The notes under the pieces: model-generated
Seen by the model: the letters and a program-made list of their open reading frames with translations, nothing else
Told to the model about the DNA's origin: nothing
Databases searched by the model: none
Shown here: piece by piece, positions 28,588-36,762 of the stretch
Position numbering within the stretch: position 1 is the first letter of the stretch
How the letters are laid out: each line of letters opens with the position of its first letter
Made by a program: the position numbers and the translations under genes
Assembly (NCBI GenBank): GCA_049517075.1
Contig: JBEKSM010000032.1
Span: 2,169-66,168, forward strand
DNA: 64,000 nt
Reading direction: 5' to 3'
Origin: Steroidobacteraceae bacterium
GTDB taxonomy: Bacteria; Pseudomonadota; Gammaproteobacteria; Steroidobacterales; Steroidobacteraceae

Positions 28588-30051
28588 TCAGGCCCGATGC
28601 GCGCGCAAGAATCGAAAGAATTCGACTCCTTCACGCAGACGCCGCTTCATCATGTCCCAACTCGAGAGCATCTCTTTGACGATCTCCCAGATTTTTGCGG
28701 GCCGCAAGTAGAAGCGCTCATAAAAGATCTCCATGCTGTGGAAGATCTGTTCCTTGGACAAGTGCGGGTAGCTGAGCGCCGCCAGTTGCACACCCTTGTC
28801 GTTGACGAGATTGACGGCGTCGCTCTCGACGAGCCACTTGTTTTCGACCGCTTGCCGATAGAGCGTCGTGCCGGGATAGGGTGCTGCCAGCGAGACCTGA
28901 ATCGTGTGCGGATTGATTTCCTTCGCGAATTGGATCGTCTTCTCGATCGTCTCCGCGGTTTCCCCCGGCAGCCCCAGGATGAAGGTACCGTGAATCAAAA
29001 TCCCGAGCTTGCGGCAGTCCTCGGTGAATCTTCGCGCGATATCGGTGCGCAGGCCCTTCTTGACGTTGTGCAGAATTTGATCATCGCCGGATTCGTAGCC
29101 GACGAGCAGTAGGCGCAGGCCGTTGTCGCGCATGATCTTGAGCGTCGTATACGGCACATTCGCCTTGGCATTGCAGCTCCAGGTCACGCCGAGCGCGCCG
29201 AGTCCGCGCGAGATCGCCTCGACGCGCGCGAGGTTCGACGTGTCGGTAAACGTGTCGTCGTCGAACATGACCTCTTTGACCTGCGGCAGGTTTTCCTTGA
29301 TCCACCGCACCTCGGCGATTACGTTGTCGGCCGAGCGTACGCGGTAGCGGTGGCCGCCGACGGTCTGCGGCCACAGGCAGAACGTGCACTTCGAGCGACA
29401 GCCGCGGCCGGTGTAGAGGCTCACGTAGGGATGCAGCAGATAGCCGATGTAGTAGTTCTCGACGGTCAAATCGCGCTGATAAATGGGCGCGACGAACGGC
29501 AGCTCGTCCATGTTCTCGATCGATGCGCGCGGCGGATTGTGGACCACGGATCCATTTGCAGCGCGGTACGACAGACCGGTGACTTCCGGGAGCGGCCGAC
29601 CCTCGGCGACCTCCTGACAGGTGTAGTCGAATTCCTCGCGGCACACGAAGTCGAGCGCCCGCGTCGCCTGCAGCGAACCCTCCGGGTCGACCATGGTTTT
29701 GGCGCCGACCATGCCGATCAATACAGCGGGGTTGGCCTCTTTCAATAGTTCGGCGAATTTCGCATCGGTCGGAAACGACGGCGTGCTCGTGTGCATGATC
29801 ACGAGATCGAAGCCGCGTGCAATCGCAAGACTTTGTTCGACGCCGATGCCGTCAGCCGGCGCATCGAGCAGCTTCGAGTCCGGCACGAGCGCCGCCGGCT
29901 GGGCGAGCCAGGTCGGATACCAAAAGGATTTCACCTCGCGCTTGGCCTGATAGCGCGATCCCGCACCCCCGTCGAAGCCGTCGAACGAGGGCGCCTGCAG
30001 AAACAATGTTTTGAGCGCTTTGTGCGCCGCCGAACCGATCATCATTGACAC
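28588..30051 (-). CDS. hpnJ: hopanoid biosynthesis-associated B12-binding radical SAM protein HpnJ
   Basis: ORF track, 487 aa. N-terminus LFLQAPSFDGFDGGAGSRYQAKREVKSFWYPTWLAQP. Radical SAM cluster motif GRGCRSKCTFCLWP. Confidence 0.8.
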   Translation of the reverse strand: MSMMIGSAAHKALKTLFLQAPSFDGFDGGAGSRYQAKREVKSFWYPTWLAQPAALVPDSKLLDAPADGIGVEQSLAIARGFDLVIMHTSTPSFPTDAKFAELLKEANPAVLIGMVGAKTMVDPEGSLQATRALDFVCREEFDYTCQEVAEGRPLPEVTGLSYRAANGSVVHNPPRASIENMDELPFVAPIYQRDLTVENYYIGYLLHPYVSLYTGRGCRSKCTFCLWPQTVGGHRYRVRSADNVIAEVRWIKENLPQVKEVMFDDDTFTDTSNLARVEAISRGLGALGVTWSCNAKANVPYTTLKIMRDNGLRLLLVGYESGDDQILHNVKKGLRTDIARRFTEDCRKLGILIHGTFILGLPGETAETIEKTIQFAKEINPHTIQVSLAAPYPGTTLYRQAVENKWLVESDAVNLVNDKGVQLAALSYPHLSKEQIFHSMEIFYERFYLRPAKIWEIVKEMLSSWDMMKRRLREGVEFFRFLRAHRA

Positions 30052-30123
30052 TCCTCGCGAAGTCGAATCGCGCCGCTTTTCGAGTTTACACGGAACAACC
30101 CGCAGCGACCATAAAGCACTAAA

Positions 30124-30786
30124 ATGCGATCTATGCGGTTCAATTTAATGAGGATTCGTATGACAGCCAGACCACTGCGGCTGGGGATTATACTGTGCGT
30201 GCCGATCGGAGTTGCATTGCTGGGTTTATTCGCCGGCGCGGGCCGCGCTGCGGTCGACCCGGCCGTGGCCCAGGTTCAGGGTCTTGATGAGGCGCTGCTG
30301 GCGTCGATGAAAGCCGGCGCCGGCGCGAGCCAAATGGCGCGCTACGGCAAGCTCGCGCCGGTGGTCGAACAGGTATTCGACCTGCGCGCGATGACGGGAT
30401 TTGCGGTGGGTGCGGCCTGGCCGACATTTTCGGCGCAACAACAAGAAGCGGCCATTGCCGCGTTCGCGCGTCTGACGATTGCGAGCTATGCGAACAATTT
30501 CAAGTCATTCGATGGCGAGCACTTCGAGATCAATCCGGAGGTCGTGACGCGCGGCGCCGACAAGGTCGTGCAGACCCAGCTGCTTTCTGCGCACGCGGCG
30601 CCGGTCACGCTGAATTACCGCATGCGCGAATCCGCCGGCTCCTGGAAGATCATCGATGTGTACTTCGGCGCGGTGAGCCAGTTGACGATTCGGCGGTCGG
30701 ATTTCGCCGCGCCCGTCGCGACCGGCGGCGCACAAGGACTGATCGACCACGTGAACGCACTCAGTGATGCGTTGATCAAGCCCTAA
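30124..30786 (+). CDS. hpnM: HpnM-like periplasmic lipid-binding protein (MlaC/Ttg2D family)
   Basis: ORF track, 220 aa (the start may be the MTARPL Met). Signal peptide, size and position between hpnJ and hpnN fit. The MlaC-like call rests on context and overall pattern. Confidence 0.6.
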   Translation: MRSMRFNLMRIRMTARPLRLGIILCVPIGVALLGLFAGAGRAAVDPAVAQVQGLDEALLASMKAGAGASQMARYGKLAPVVEQVFDLRAMTGFAVGAAWPTFSAQQQEAAIAAFARLTIASYANNFKSFDGEHFEINPEVVTRGADKVVQTQLLSAHAAPVTLNYRMRESAGSWKIIDVYFGAVSQLTIRRSDFAAPVATGGAQGLIDHVNALSDALIKP

Positions 30787-33373
30787 TGTGTTTGGGTGCT
30801 GCGCCCATGAGCGCGGGCTGAAACAACAGCGCGGATACCAAGGTCCAGATCAGCGAGATCATCAGCAGCCTTCCCATGCTCGCGGTGCCCGGATGGCTCG
30901 ACGCCCACAGACTACCGAATCCGGTCGCGGTCGCGAGCGCGCTGAAAAAGACCGCGCGTGCGAGCGGCGAGGTCAATAAATGCGAGCCGCCGGATCGCCA
31001 CGACACCACGAAATAAATGTGAAACGCGACGCCGATGCCGAACAATAGCGGCAACGCAATGATGTTGGCGAAATTCAGCGGTTGACCCGAGATCACACAG
31101 CAGGCCATCGTGAGCAATCCTGTCAATACGATCGGCGCCATCGTTATCGCGACGTCGAGCACGCGTCGCAGCGCGAAGAACAACAGCGCGGTGATTGCGA
31201 TGAACGAGACGATGCCGGCCTCGATGAACGCACCGACGACCGCGTTGCCGGCCTCCTGGATCGCGATCGCGGTGCCGGCCGCATCCGGAACCACCGTCTT
31301 GAGCGCGTCCGCAAACCGCGTCAAGACCGCATCATTATTGGCATCGCCCCGCGGTAGCACCGCGATGCGCGCCTGACCGTCCGGGGTTACCCAGTCCCGC
31401 ACCAATTCCGGCGGCAGCGTGGAAATATCAATCGGCTGCGGCCGCAGCGAATCGCGGATTTGCGCGAGCAACTGCTCGAAGCCGGGCATCAAGGCTTGCG
31501 CGACTGCGCTGCGCCGCGAGCCATCCGCCGTCGCGAGCGCTCGCAGCTCGGCGGCGAGCCGCGCTGCGCCGCCGCCATGGCCCGGCTCGCGCGCTGCCGC
31601 CTGTTCGAGACCCGCAGCCGTTGTCTCGAGCGCCTTGATGACCTCTGCATCAGTCGGCGCCGGAGCGACGCTAATCGGGTTCAGCGGCAGATCGAGAAGT
31701 TCGGCCGCATCTTCGATGACCGCGATTTTTTCCGCTTGCTGCGTCGGGATGAAACTCGACAGCGTCCGCGCCGCATGCACCTCGGGCAGCACCTGGATCT
31801 TGGCGGCCAATGCGTCCGCCGCGCGCAGGTCGGGCCGGATCACCTCGACCGTGTTCGGCGTTTGATCCGGATCGCGCGTCACATCGAGCAGCGTCGCGAC
31901 CGACGGGGCCGTGGGGCTGCGCAGATGCAAGGGGTTGAAGTCGAAATGCAACTTCGGCATCAACAGCGCCGAGACGACGGCCGCGGCCACGCCGATGCCG
32001 ACGACCAGCCGCCGATGACTCAGCACGTAGTTGTCGAGCCGAGCCAAGCGCGGATCGGTGCCCCGAGCGGGCATGCCCGGCGGTTGGGTCAATTGGATCA
32101 ATGCCGGCAACACGGTCAAATTCAGCGCCAACGCAACCAACATGCCGAAGCCCGCGACCACTCCGAGCTGCGACACGCCATAATAGTCGGTCGGCGCAAA
32201 CGCGAGGAAACCTGCCGCAATTGCGCTTGCTGCCAAGCTCAGCGAACGGCCCATCGTGCGCCCGGTCGCGATGATCGCTTCTCGCGCGCTCGTGTCGCCC
32301 ATGCGCTCGGCGCGATAACGAACGCTGAATTGAATACCGATGTCGATCCCGAGTCCGACGAACAGCGGAATGAACGCGACCGATATGACGTTGTACTGGT
32401 GGAATACGGCAAGCCCGATCGCCGCCGCGGTCACAAGGCCGAGCAGCGTCGTCGTGAGTATCGCGGCGATCAGCCAGACCGAGCGCACCGCCATGTGAAG
32501 CATGAGGATGATCGCGCCGAGCGCCAGTACCGCGATCAACGGCGCGCGCTCCGCGAGTGTTGCGAACTCCTCGGTCTGCAGCGGCAGAGGCCCCGTGAGG
32601 CGTACCCGCACGCCGCCCGCGGCATCGAAATGCAGCGTGGCCGCTGAAGCACGGATCGCGTCAATCGCCGTCTTACCCGGCTCGAGCCGATCGAACTCGA
32701 CATTGGGTCCGATCAGAATGATCCGGCGCAGCGCACGTTGATCCGGAGCGCTGCCGGTCGTGAGCGATTCCCACGAGAAAAACGTCGGCTTGCCGGCACG
32801 CAGGCTCTCGAGCGCATCGGCCAACTTGGCGGTCGGGGCGTCGAGATCCGCAAACGACGCCGCACCGCTCGAGACACCCTGTAGCAAGGTCGAGAGCGTC
32901 GTCATGAGCCCGCGCAGCGACGGGTCGGCCGCGATCGGACCCAAGAACGGCTCGCTCTTGATCAGGCGCGCCATGTCGGTCTGCACCTCGGCGAGCGGAA
33001 GGTAGAGCAGGCCGTTGCGCGACCAGAATTCCCCAGCGTCCGGGCGGCGAACCGAATGAAATAACTGCGGCTGCGATTTCAAGCTCGCGGCGAGTGCGGC
33101 CGCGGCTGCTTCGGCCAGTTCCGGCGTTTGCCCGTCGACGACGACGATGATTTGAGACCCGCTCGGGGGGAACAGCGCGTTGAGCGTGGCCTCCCGCATG
33201 CGCCAATCGAGCTTCGGCGATATCAGCTCGCGCGTATCCGTGCTCATTGCGAAGTGGCTGATCGAATACCCGGTCGCGACGACCGCTTGCACGAGAGCGA
33301 TCGCGACGATGATCACGGCATGATCTGCGCAAAAGCCAACGAGACGCGAAATCGGGGAAGCGCGGCCGTTCAT
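30776..33373 (-). CDS. hpnN: hopanoid transporter HpnN (MMPL/RND superfamily)
   Basis: ORF track, 865 aa. Two 6-TM bundles, each preceded by a large periplasmic loop. N-terminus RLVGFCADHAVIIVAIALV...FAMSTDTRELISPKLDW is typical of HpnN. Confidence 0.8.
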   Translation of the reverse strand: MNGRASPISRLVGFCADHAVIIVAIALVQAVVATGYSISHFAMSTDTRELISPKLDWRMREATLNALFPPSGSQIIVVVDGQTPELAEAAAAALAASLKSQPQLFHSVRRPDAGEFWSRNGLLYLPLAEVQTDMARLIKSEPFLGPIAADPSLRGLMTTLSTLLQGVSSGAASFADLDAPTAKLADALESLRAGKPTFFSWESLTTGSAPDQRALRRIILIGPNVEFDRLEPGKTAIDAIRASAATLHFDAAGGVRVRLTGPLPLQTEEFATLAERAPLIAVLALGAIILMLHMAVRSVWLIAAILTTTLLGLVTAAAIGLAVFHQYNVISVAFIPLFVGLGIDIGIQFSVRYRAERMGDTSAREAIIATGRTMGRSLSLAASAIAAGFLAFAPTDYYGVSQLGVVAGFGMLVALALNLTVLPALIQLTQPPGMPARGTDPRLARLDNYVLSHRRLVVGIGVAAAVVSALLMPKLHFDFNPLHLRSPTAPSVATLLDVTRDPDQTPNTVEVIRPDLRAADALAAKIQVLPEVHAARTLSSFIPTQQAEKIAVIEDAAELLDLPLNPISVAPAPTDAEVIKALETTAAGLEQAAAREPGHGGGAARLAAELRALATADGSRRSAVAQALMPGFEQLLAQIRDSLRPQPIDISTLPPELVRDWVTPDGQARIAVLPRGDANNDAVLTRFADALKTVVPDAAGTAIAIQEAGNAVVGAFIEAGIVSFIAITALLFFALRRVLDVAITMAPIVLTGLLTMACCVISGQPLNFANIIALPLLFGIGVAFHIYFVVSWRSGGSHLLTSPLARAVFFSALATATGFGSLWASSHPGTASMGRLLMISLIWTLVSALLFQPALMGAAPKHIRA

Positions 33374-33438
33374 TTAATTCGTGTCCGTGCCGCTCGTATA
33401 AGGGATAATCAATCGTTTGCACTCGAGGCCAACCCGCC

Positions 33439-34287
33439 GTGATTGAACCTGACATGCCGCGCCGCGTCCAGTCCGGCATGCGTCCCGGGCGCCGCTGGAC
33501 GCCGGCAATTAGCGCCGCGCTAGGCGTAGTTGCGCTGTGCACAGCGGGGGTCGTGCGTGCGGCCGACGGCGCGGCACCCGCGCCGGATCCGACCGATCCG
33601 TGGCAGCCCTTTAATCGCAAGAATTACGCGATCCAAGAAGGCCTGGAGCGCGCAGCGATTAGGCCCACGGTGAGAGCGTATCGGACCTTGACACCGGGTC
33701 CGATCGGCGTCGCCATCCATAACGTGCTCGTGAACCTCTCGGAACCGGCCGTGTTGGTCAACGATGTGCTGCAGTTTCGGATCAAGCGCGCCGCGGTGCC
33801 GGTCGTGCGCATGGTGCTCAACACGACGCTCGGCCTGCTGGGGTTGATCGATGTCGCTGCGCGCATCGGCATGCCACACCACGACAACGAATTCGGCATA
33901 ACCCTCGGGCGCTACGGCGTGAAGTCCGGGCCGTACCTGTATTTGCCGCTACTGGGCCCAAGTTCCCCGCGCGACCTGTTCGGCACGATCGTCGACTTCG
34001 CGACGAATCCGCTGCATTCGGTCAAGTATCCCTACCGGACCGAGGTCATCACCTCGCAATTCATCGTCGGCGGACTCGATCTGCAGATCTCGACCGAAGG
34101 CCAGCTCAACGCCTTGATGAGCGGTGCCGTGGATCCGTACGCCACATTGCGCTCGGCCTATATCCAGAACAAGCAGGGCGAGATCGTCGGCACCGGTGTG
34201 CCCTTGAACCTGCCGACGTTCGAGGACATCGACACACCGTCGCCGGTGCCCCCACCCGATCCGACCGCGGCGACGAGCACGCACTGA
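33439..34287 (+). CDS. MlaA/VacJ family lipoprotein
   Basis: ORF track, 282 aa. WQPFNRKNYAIQEGLERAAIRPTVRAYRTLTP, NVLVNLSEPAVLVNDVLQ, NTTLGLLGLIDVA, GITLGRYGVKSGPYLYLPLLGPSSPRD. The start may be the ATG at about 33454. Confidence 0.8.
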   Translation: MIEPDMPRRVQSGMRPGRRWTPAISAALGVVALCTAGVVRAADGAAPAPDPTDPWQPFNRKNYAIQEGLERAAIRPTVRAYRTLTPGPIGVAIHNVLVNLSEPAVLVNDVLQFRIKRAAVPVVRMVLNTTLGLLGLIDVAARIGMPHHDNEFGITLGRYGVKSGPYLYLPLLGPSSPRDLFGTIVDFATNPLHSVKYPYRTEVITSQFIVGGLDLQISTEGQLNALMSGAVDPYATLRSAYIQNKQGEIVGTGVPLNLPTFEDIDTPSPVPPPDPTAATSTH

Positions 34288-34346
34288 GAGCGCGCCAACA
34301 GAAGATCTCCCTCGCGATTTCTCGCGAAGAGGATCTCCTCAGGTGC

Positions 34347-35651
34347 TCAGTTGCCCGAGCCGTGGCAAAACCCGACACCCTTGTCGCTGTAGGTGGGCCC
34401 GCCGGTCGGCTGTGCAGGGTCCTTGAGTGCCGACTCGAAATCCCACTTGTAGCCATGCGGATCCAGCGTCAGGGCCATCACGCCCCAGAATTGGCCGCTG
34501 GCCGCCTCGAGATTCGCGGCGTTGAATTGCGCGCCGGCGTCAGCGGTTGGGCTCGTGCTCGAAACGACCGCATCGAGCGTCTCACCGCCGGTACCCACGA
34601 TAAATTCGCGGATGCCTCGGTGGGGATCGTAATTTCCCGACGGGTCTAGGGGACGGTAGCGGGCGTAGAGGTGGTCGTGTCCGTTCAGCACGAGGTCGGC
34701 GCCGTACTGGTAGAGCAGTTGCCAAAAGGCCAGAGCGGTCGGGCCCTCGGGTACCGCGAGGCTGTCAGCCGCGCTGAACGAAGGCTGATGCCAGTACGCG
34801 AGTGTACATTCGGAGTGATTCGCGGCGAGATCGTTTTTGAGCCAGGCGAGTTCGGCCGCAAACCACGAGCCCGTACAGCCGCCGGGTTGTGTCTCACACT
34901 CTATATTGAGTGAAATCAGGTGCCACGCACCCAGATTATAAGAGTACCAGCCGTCGCCGACGCCGACCGGTCCACCCGCGGGCAGCAGGCTGTTGCCAAG
35001 TCCGCCCGTTTGCTCAAAGTGCCCGGCCTGTCCATCGGAAAACGGCACGGGTTGGGTGAAGGTGCCCCCCGTGTCCGGGTTATTGGCGATCGTCGCCATC
35101 ATCAGGCTGCCATCGGCATTGTGCTGGACGCCGTTGAAGTACGAGAAATAGCCGTAGCCGGCAACGCCGATCGCACCGTGCTCGGTATAAAACTCGTGGT
35201 TGCCCGGCGAAGGCCGCGTGATGAATTTAAAAGCGCCGTAGGTCAAATCGTAGGAGTTCTGAAAGTCCGAATATTGACCGACCTGGTATTGCTCATCCCC
35301 GACCAGCGCGACGAGGTCGGGCTTCATATTCTCAATCTGCAGTGCGGTGGCCGCTTGCGATGCGTTCAAATTCTGAGCGGTGTCCCCGTCGCAGTTTTCA
35401 CCCGCCTTCTCACCCTCAGGTTCCTCGCCGGGCTGGCAGGCGACATCGCCAACCACCGCGAGCACCGGCGAGCGGCCGATTTTTGCGTAAGGCCAGTTGT
35501 TGTCCGGCGTCGGATTGCCGAAAGGCCACTGGTTGCCGTTGGCGTATGGACCCTCTGCGAATTGTGCCCGTGTTGCAGATGCGAATGTCAGCGCCAAAGC
35601 GGCCGCGCCGATCAGCGCAGCGGCTCGGAAGCACGTTCCGATCGTCTTCAT
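34347..35651 (-). CDS. secreted calcineurin-like metallophosphoesterase
   Basis: ORF track, 434 aa. Signal peptide. Motifs VVGDVAC, LVGDEQY, PSPGNHEF, LNGHDHLYARY. Confidence 0.75.
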   Translation of the reverse strand: MKTIGTCFRAAALIGAAALALTFASATRAQFAEGPYANGNQWPFGNPTPDNNWPYAKIGRSPVLAVVGDVACQPGEEPEGEKAGENCDGDTAQNLNASQAATALQIENMKPDLVALVGDEQYQVGQYSDFQNSYDLTYGAFKFITRPSPGNHEFYTEHGAIGVAGYGYFSYFNGVQHNADGSLMMATIANNPDTGGTFTQPVPFSDGQAGHFEQTGGLGNSLLPAGGPVGVGDGWYSYNLGAWHLISLNIECETQPGGCTGSWFAAELAWLKNDLAANHSECTLAYWHQPSFSAADSLAVPEGPTALAFWQLLYQYGADLVLNGHDHLYARYRPLDPSGNYDPHRGIREFIVGTGGETLDAVVSSTSPTADAGAQFNAANLEAASGQFWGVMALTLDPHGYKWDFESALKDPAQPTGGPTYSDKGVGFCHGSGN

Positions 35652-35853
35652 GAGGCTCCTCCCGTTCTGATTTGTGGTTGGATTGCTGCCAGAACGGGGA
35701 CTTTTATCGCCGCAATGTTTCTTTTCTATGTCGGAAGTGTGAAACGCGGGCGACAGGGACTACCACGCGGTGCCGCCGACCGCCAGGAAATTTCCCGGCA
35801 GGCGCTCGAGGGGACGAAGCGGATCTGAGATTTCCCTTGGCGCGCGTCTTGGT

Positions 35854-36744
35854 TTACAGCGACAACGCCATTCGATGCCACGCTCTGAACGGGTGGTTAA
35901 ACCACTCATTCATCTCGTCCAAGTTCATCAGGTGAGTCTTCAACTGACTTCCATCTTTCACGACAACTTTACGCTGCACGCAGGCGTGCCTCATATCCGC
36001 CCACTCGTAATCGACGTCCAGGAAACTGAGAGTGACCAAACCCAATCCCCTCGGGTCCAGGCTACTCTTTTCGATCGTAATCGTCACGACGGTCGATACT
36101 TCGCTTACAGTTTTAAAATCTTCGCTGATTATAGGGTCCGCTCCCGCCACCACCCCGTAAATCTCGGAACTAAGATTCGCTATTTGCTCTCCTCTCTTGT
36201 CCTGTGGGTCCATGAAGACCCGTGTAGCTTTCCCCGATTCTTGTTTCAGAAGAAGCTTAACGTGAGCCCGACGCTTAACCATCTTGACGGGGCCGATTGG
36301 AGATTTAAAAGGTGTTTCTCCTACACCGACAAGTACTCCCCGATATCGCTCGTCCTCGACACCATCAGGCATGCCGGCAAGCCTTGCAGCCTCTTCCCCC
36401 ATGGCGACCCTTCGGTCTATCAAGCAACGGGCCGCAGCGCGGAACCAGTCGACGCCATTTGCACGCGCAACATCCTGCAGGGCCTTTTCTACGTTCTGGG
36501 CGCGTGACATTGACAAGCTCATATTGAATTCTTCGGGGCCCGTCCGGCTCGCCAGCCCGATGAGAAATAGTTGTGCACGAGGTTCCCAGCTGCGCCGAGG
36601 CGTGAGATATGGGGGCATATTCTTATTCAACCAAAGGCTGTGTTCCGGCTTCAATACGGCAGAACCAACATCGAACGCGTAAAGCAGAGCCGTTGGGGGT
36701 GTGGTGCTTACAACACGGACCTTTTCCATATTTATTCCTTTCAT
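35854..36744 (-). CDS. OmpA-like (peptidoglycan-binding) domain protein with unknown C-terminal domain, no signal peptide seen
   Basis: ORF track, 296 aa. OmpA_C-like pattern LLYAFDVGSAVLKPEHSLWL...LFLIGLASRTGPEEFNMSLSMSRAQNVEKAL. The ~170-aa C-terminal part is unrecognised. The gene is visibly more AT-rich than its neighbours. Confidence 0.55.
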   Translation of the reverse strand: MKGINMEKVRVVSTTPPTALLYAFDVGSAVLKPEHSLWLNKNMPPYLTPRRSWEPRAQLFLIGLASRTGPEEFNMSLSMSRAQNVEKALQDVARANGVDWFRAAARCLIDRRVAMGEEAARLAGMPDGVEDERYRGVLVGVGETPFKSPIGPVKMVKRRAHVKLLLKQESGKATRVFMDPQDKRGEQIANLSSEIYGVVAGADPIISEDFKTVSEVSTVVTITIEKSSLDPRGLGLVTLSFLDVDYEWADMRHACVQRKVVVKDGSQLKTHLMNLDEMNEWFNHPFRAWHRMALSL

Positions 36745-36762
36745 CGTCCGAACGGCCGCTGA

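Noticed and set aside
27376-28634. Upstream extensions of the hpnL-like (to 27462) and hpnI (to 28634) ORFs
   Set aside because: They would create 91-nt and 47-nt overlaps with the preceding genes. The downstream starts (TTG 27375 coupled to the hpnI stop; ATG 28550) give N-termini that begin at the first TM helix. The start choice remains uncertain.
31460-32647. 395-aa plus-strand ORF antisense to hpnN
   Set aside because: The composition is extremely Arg/Asp/Gln-rich with no motifs. hpnN on the opposite strand has a clear RND/MMPL architecture.
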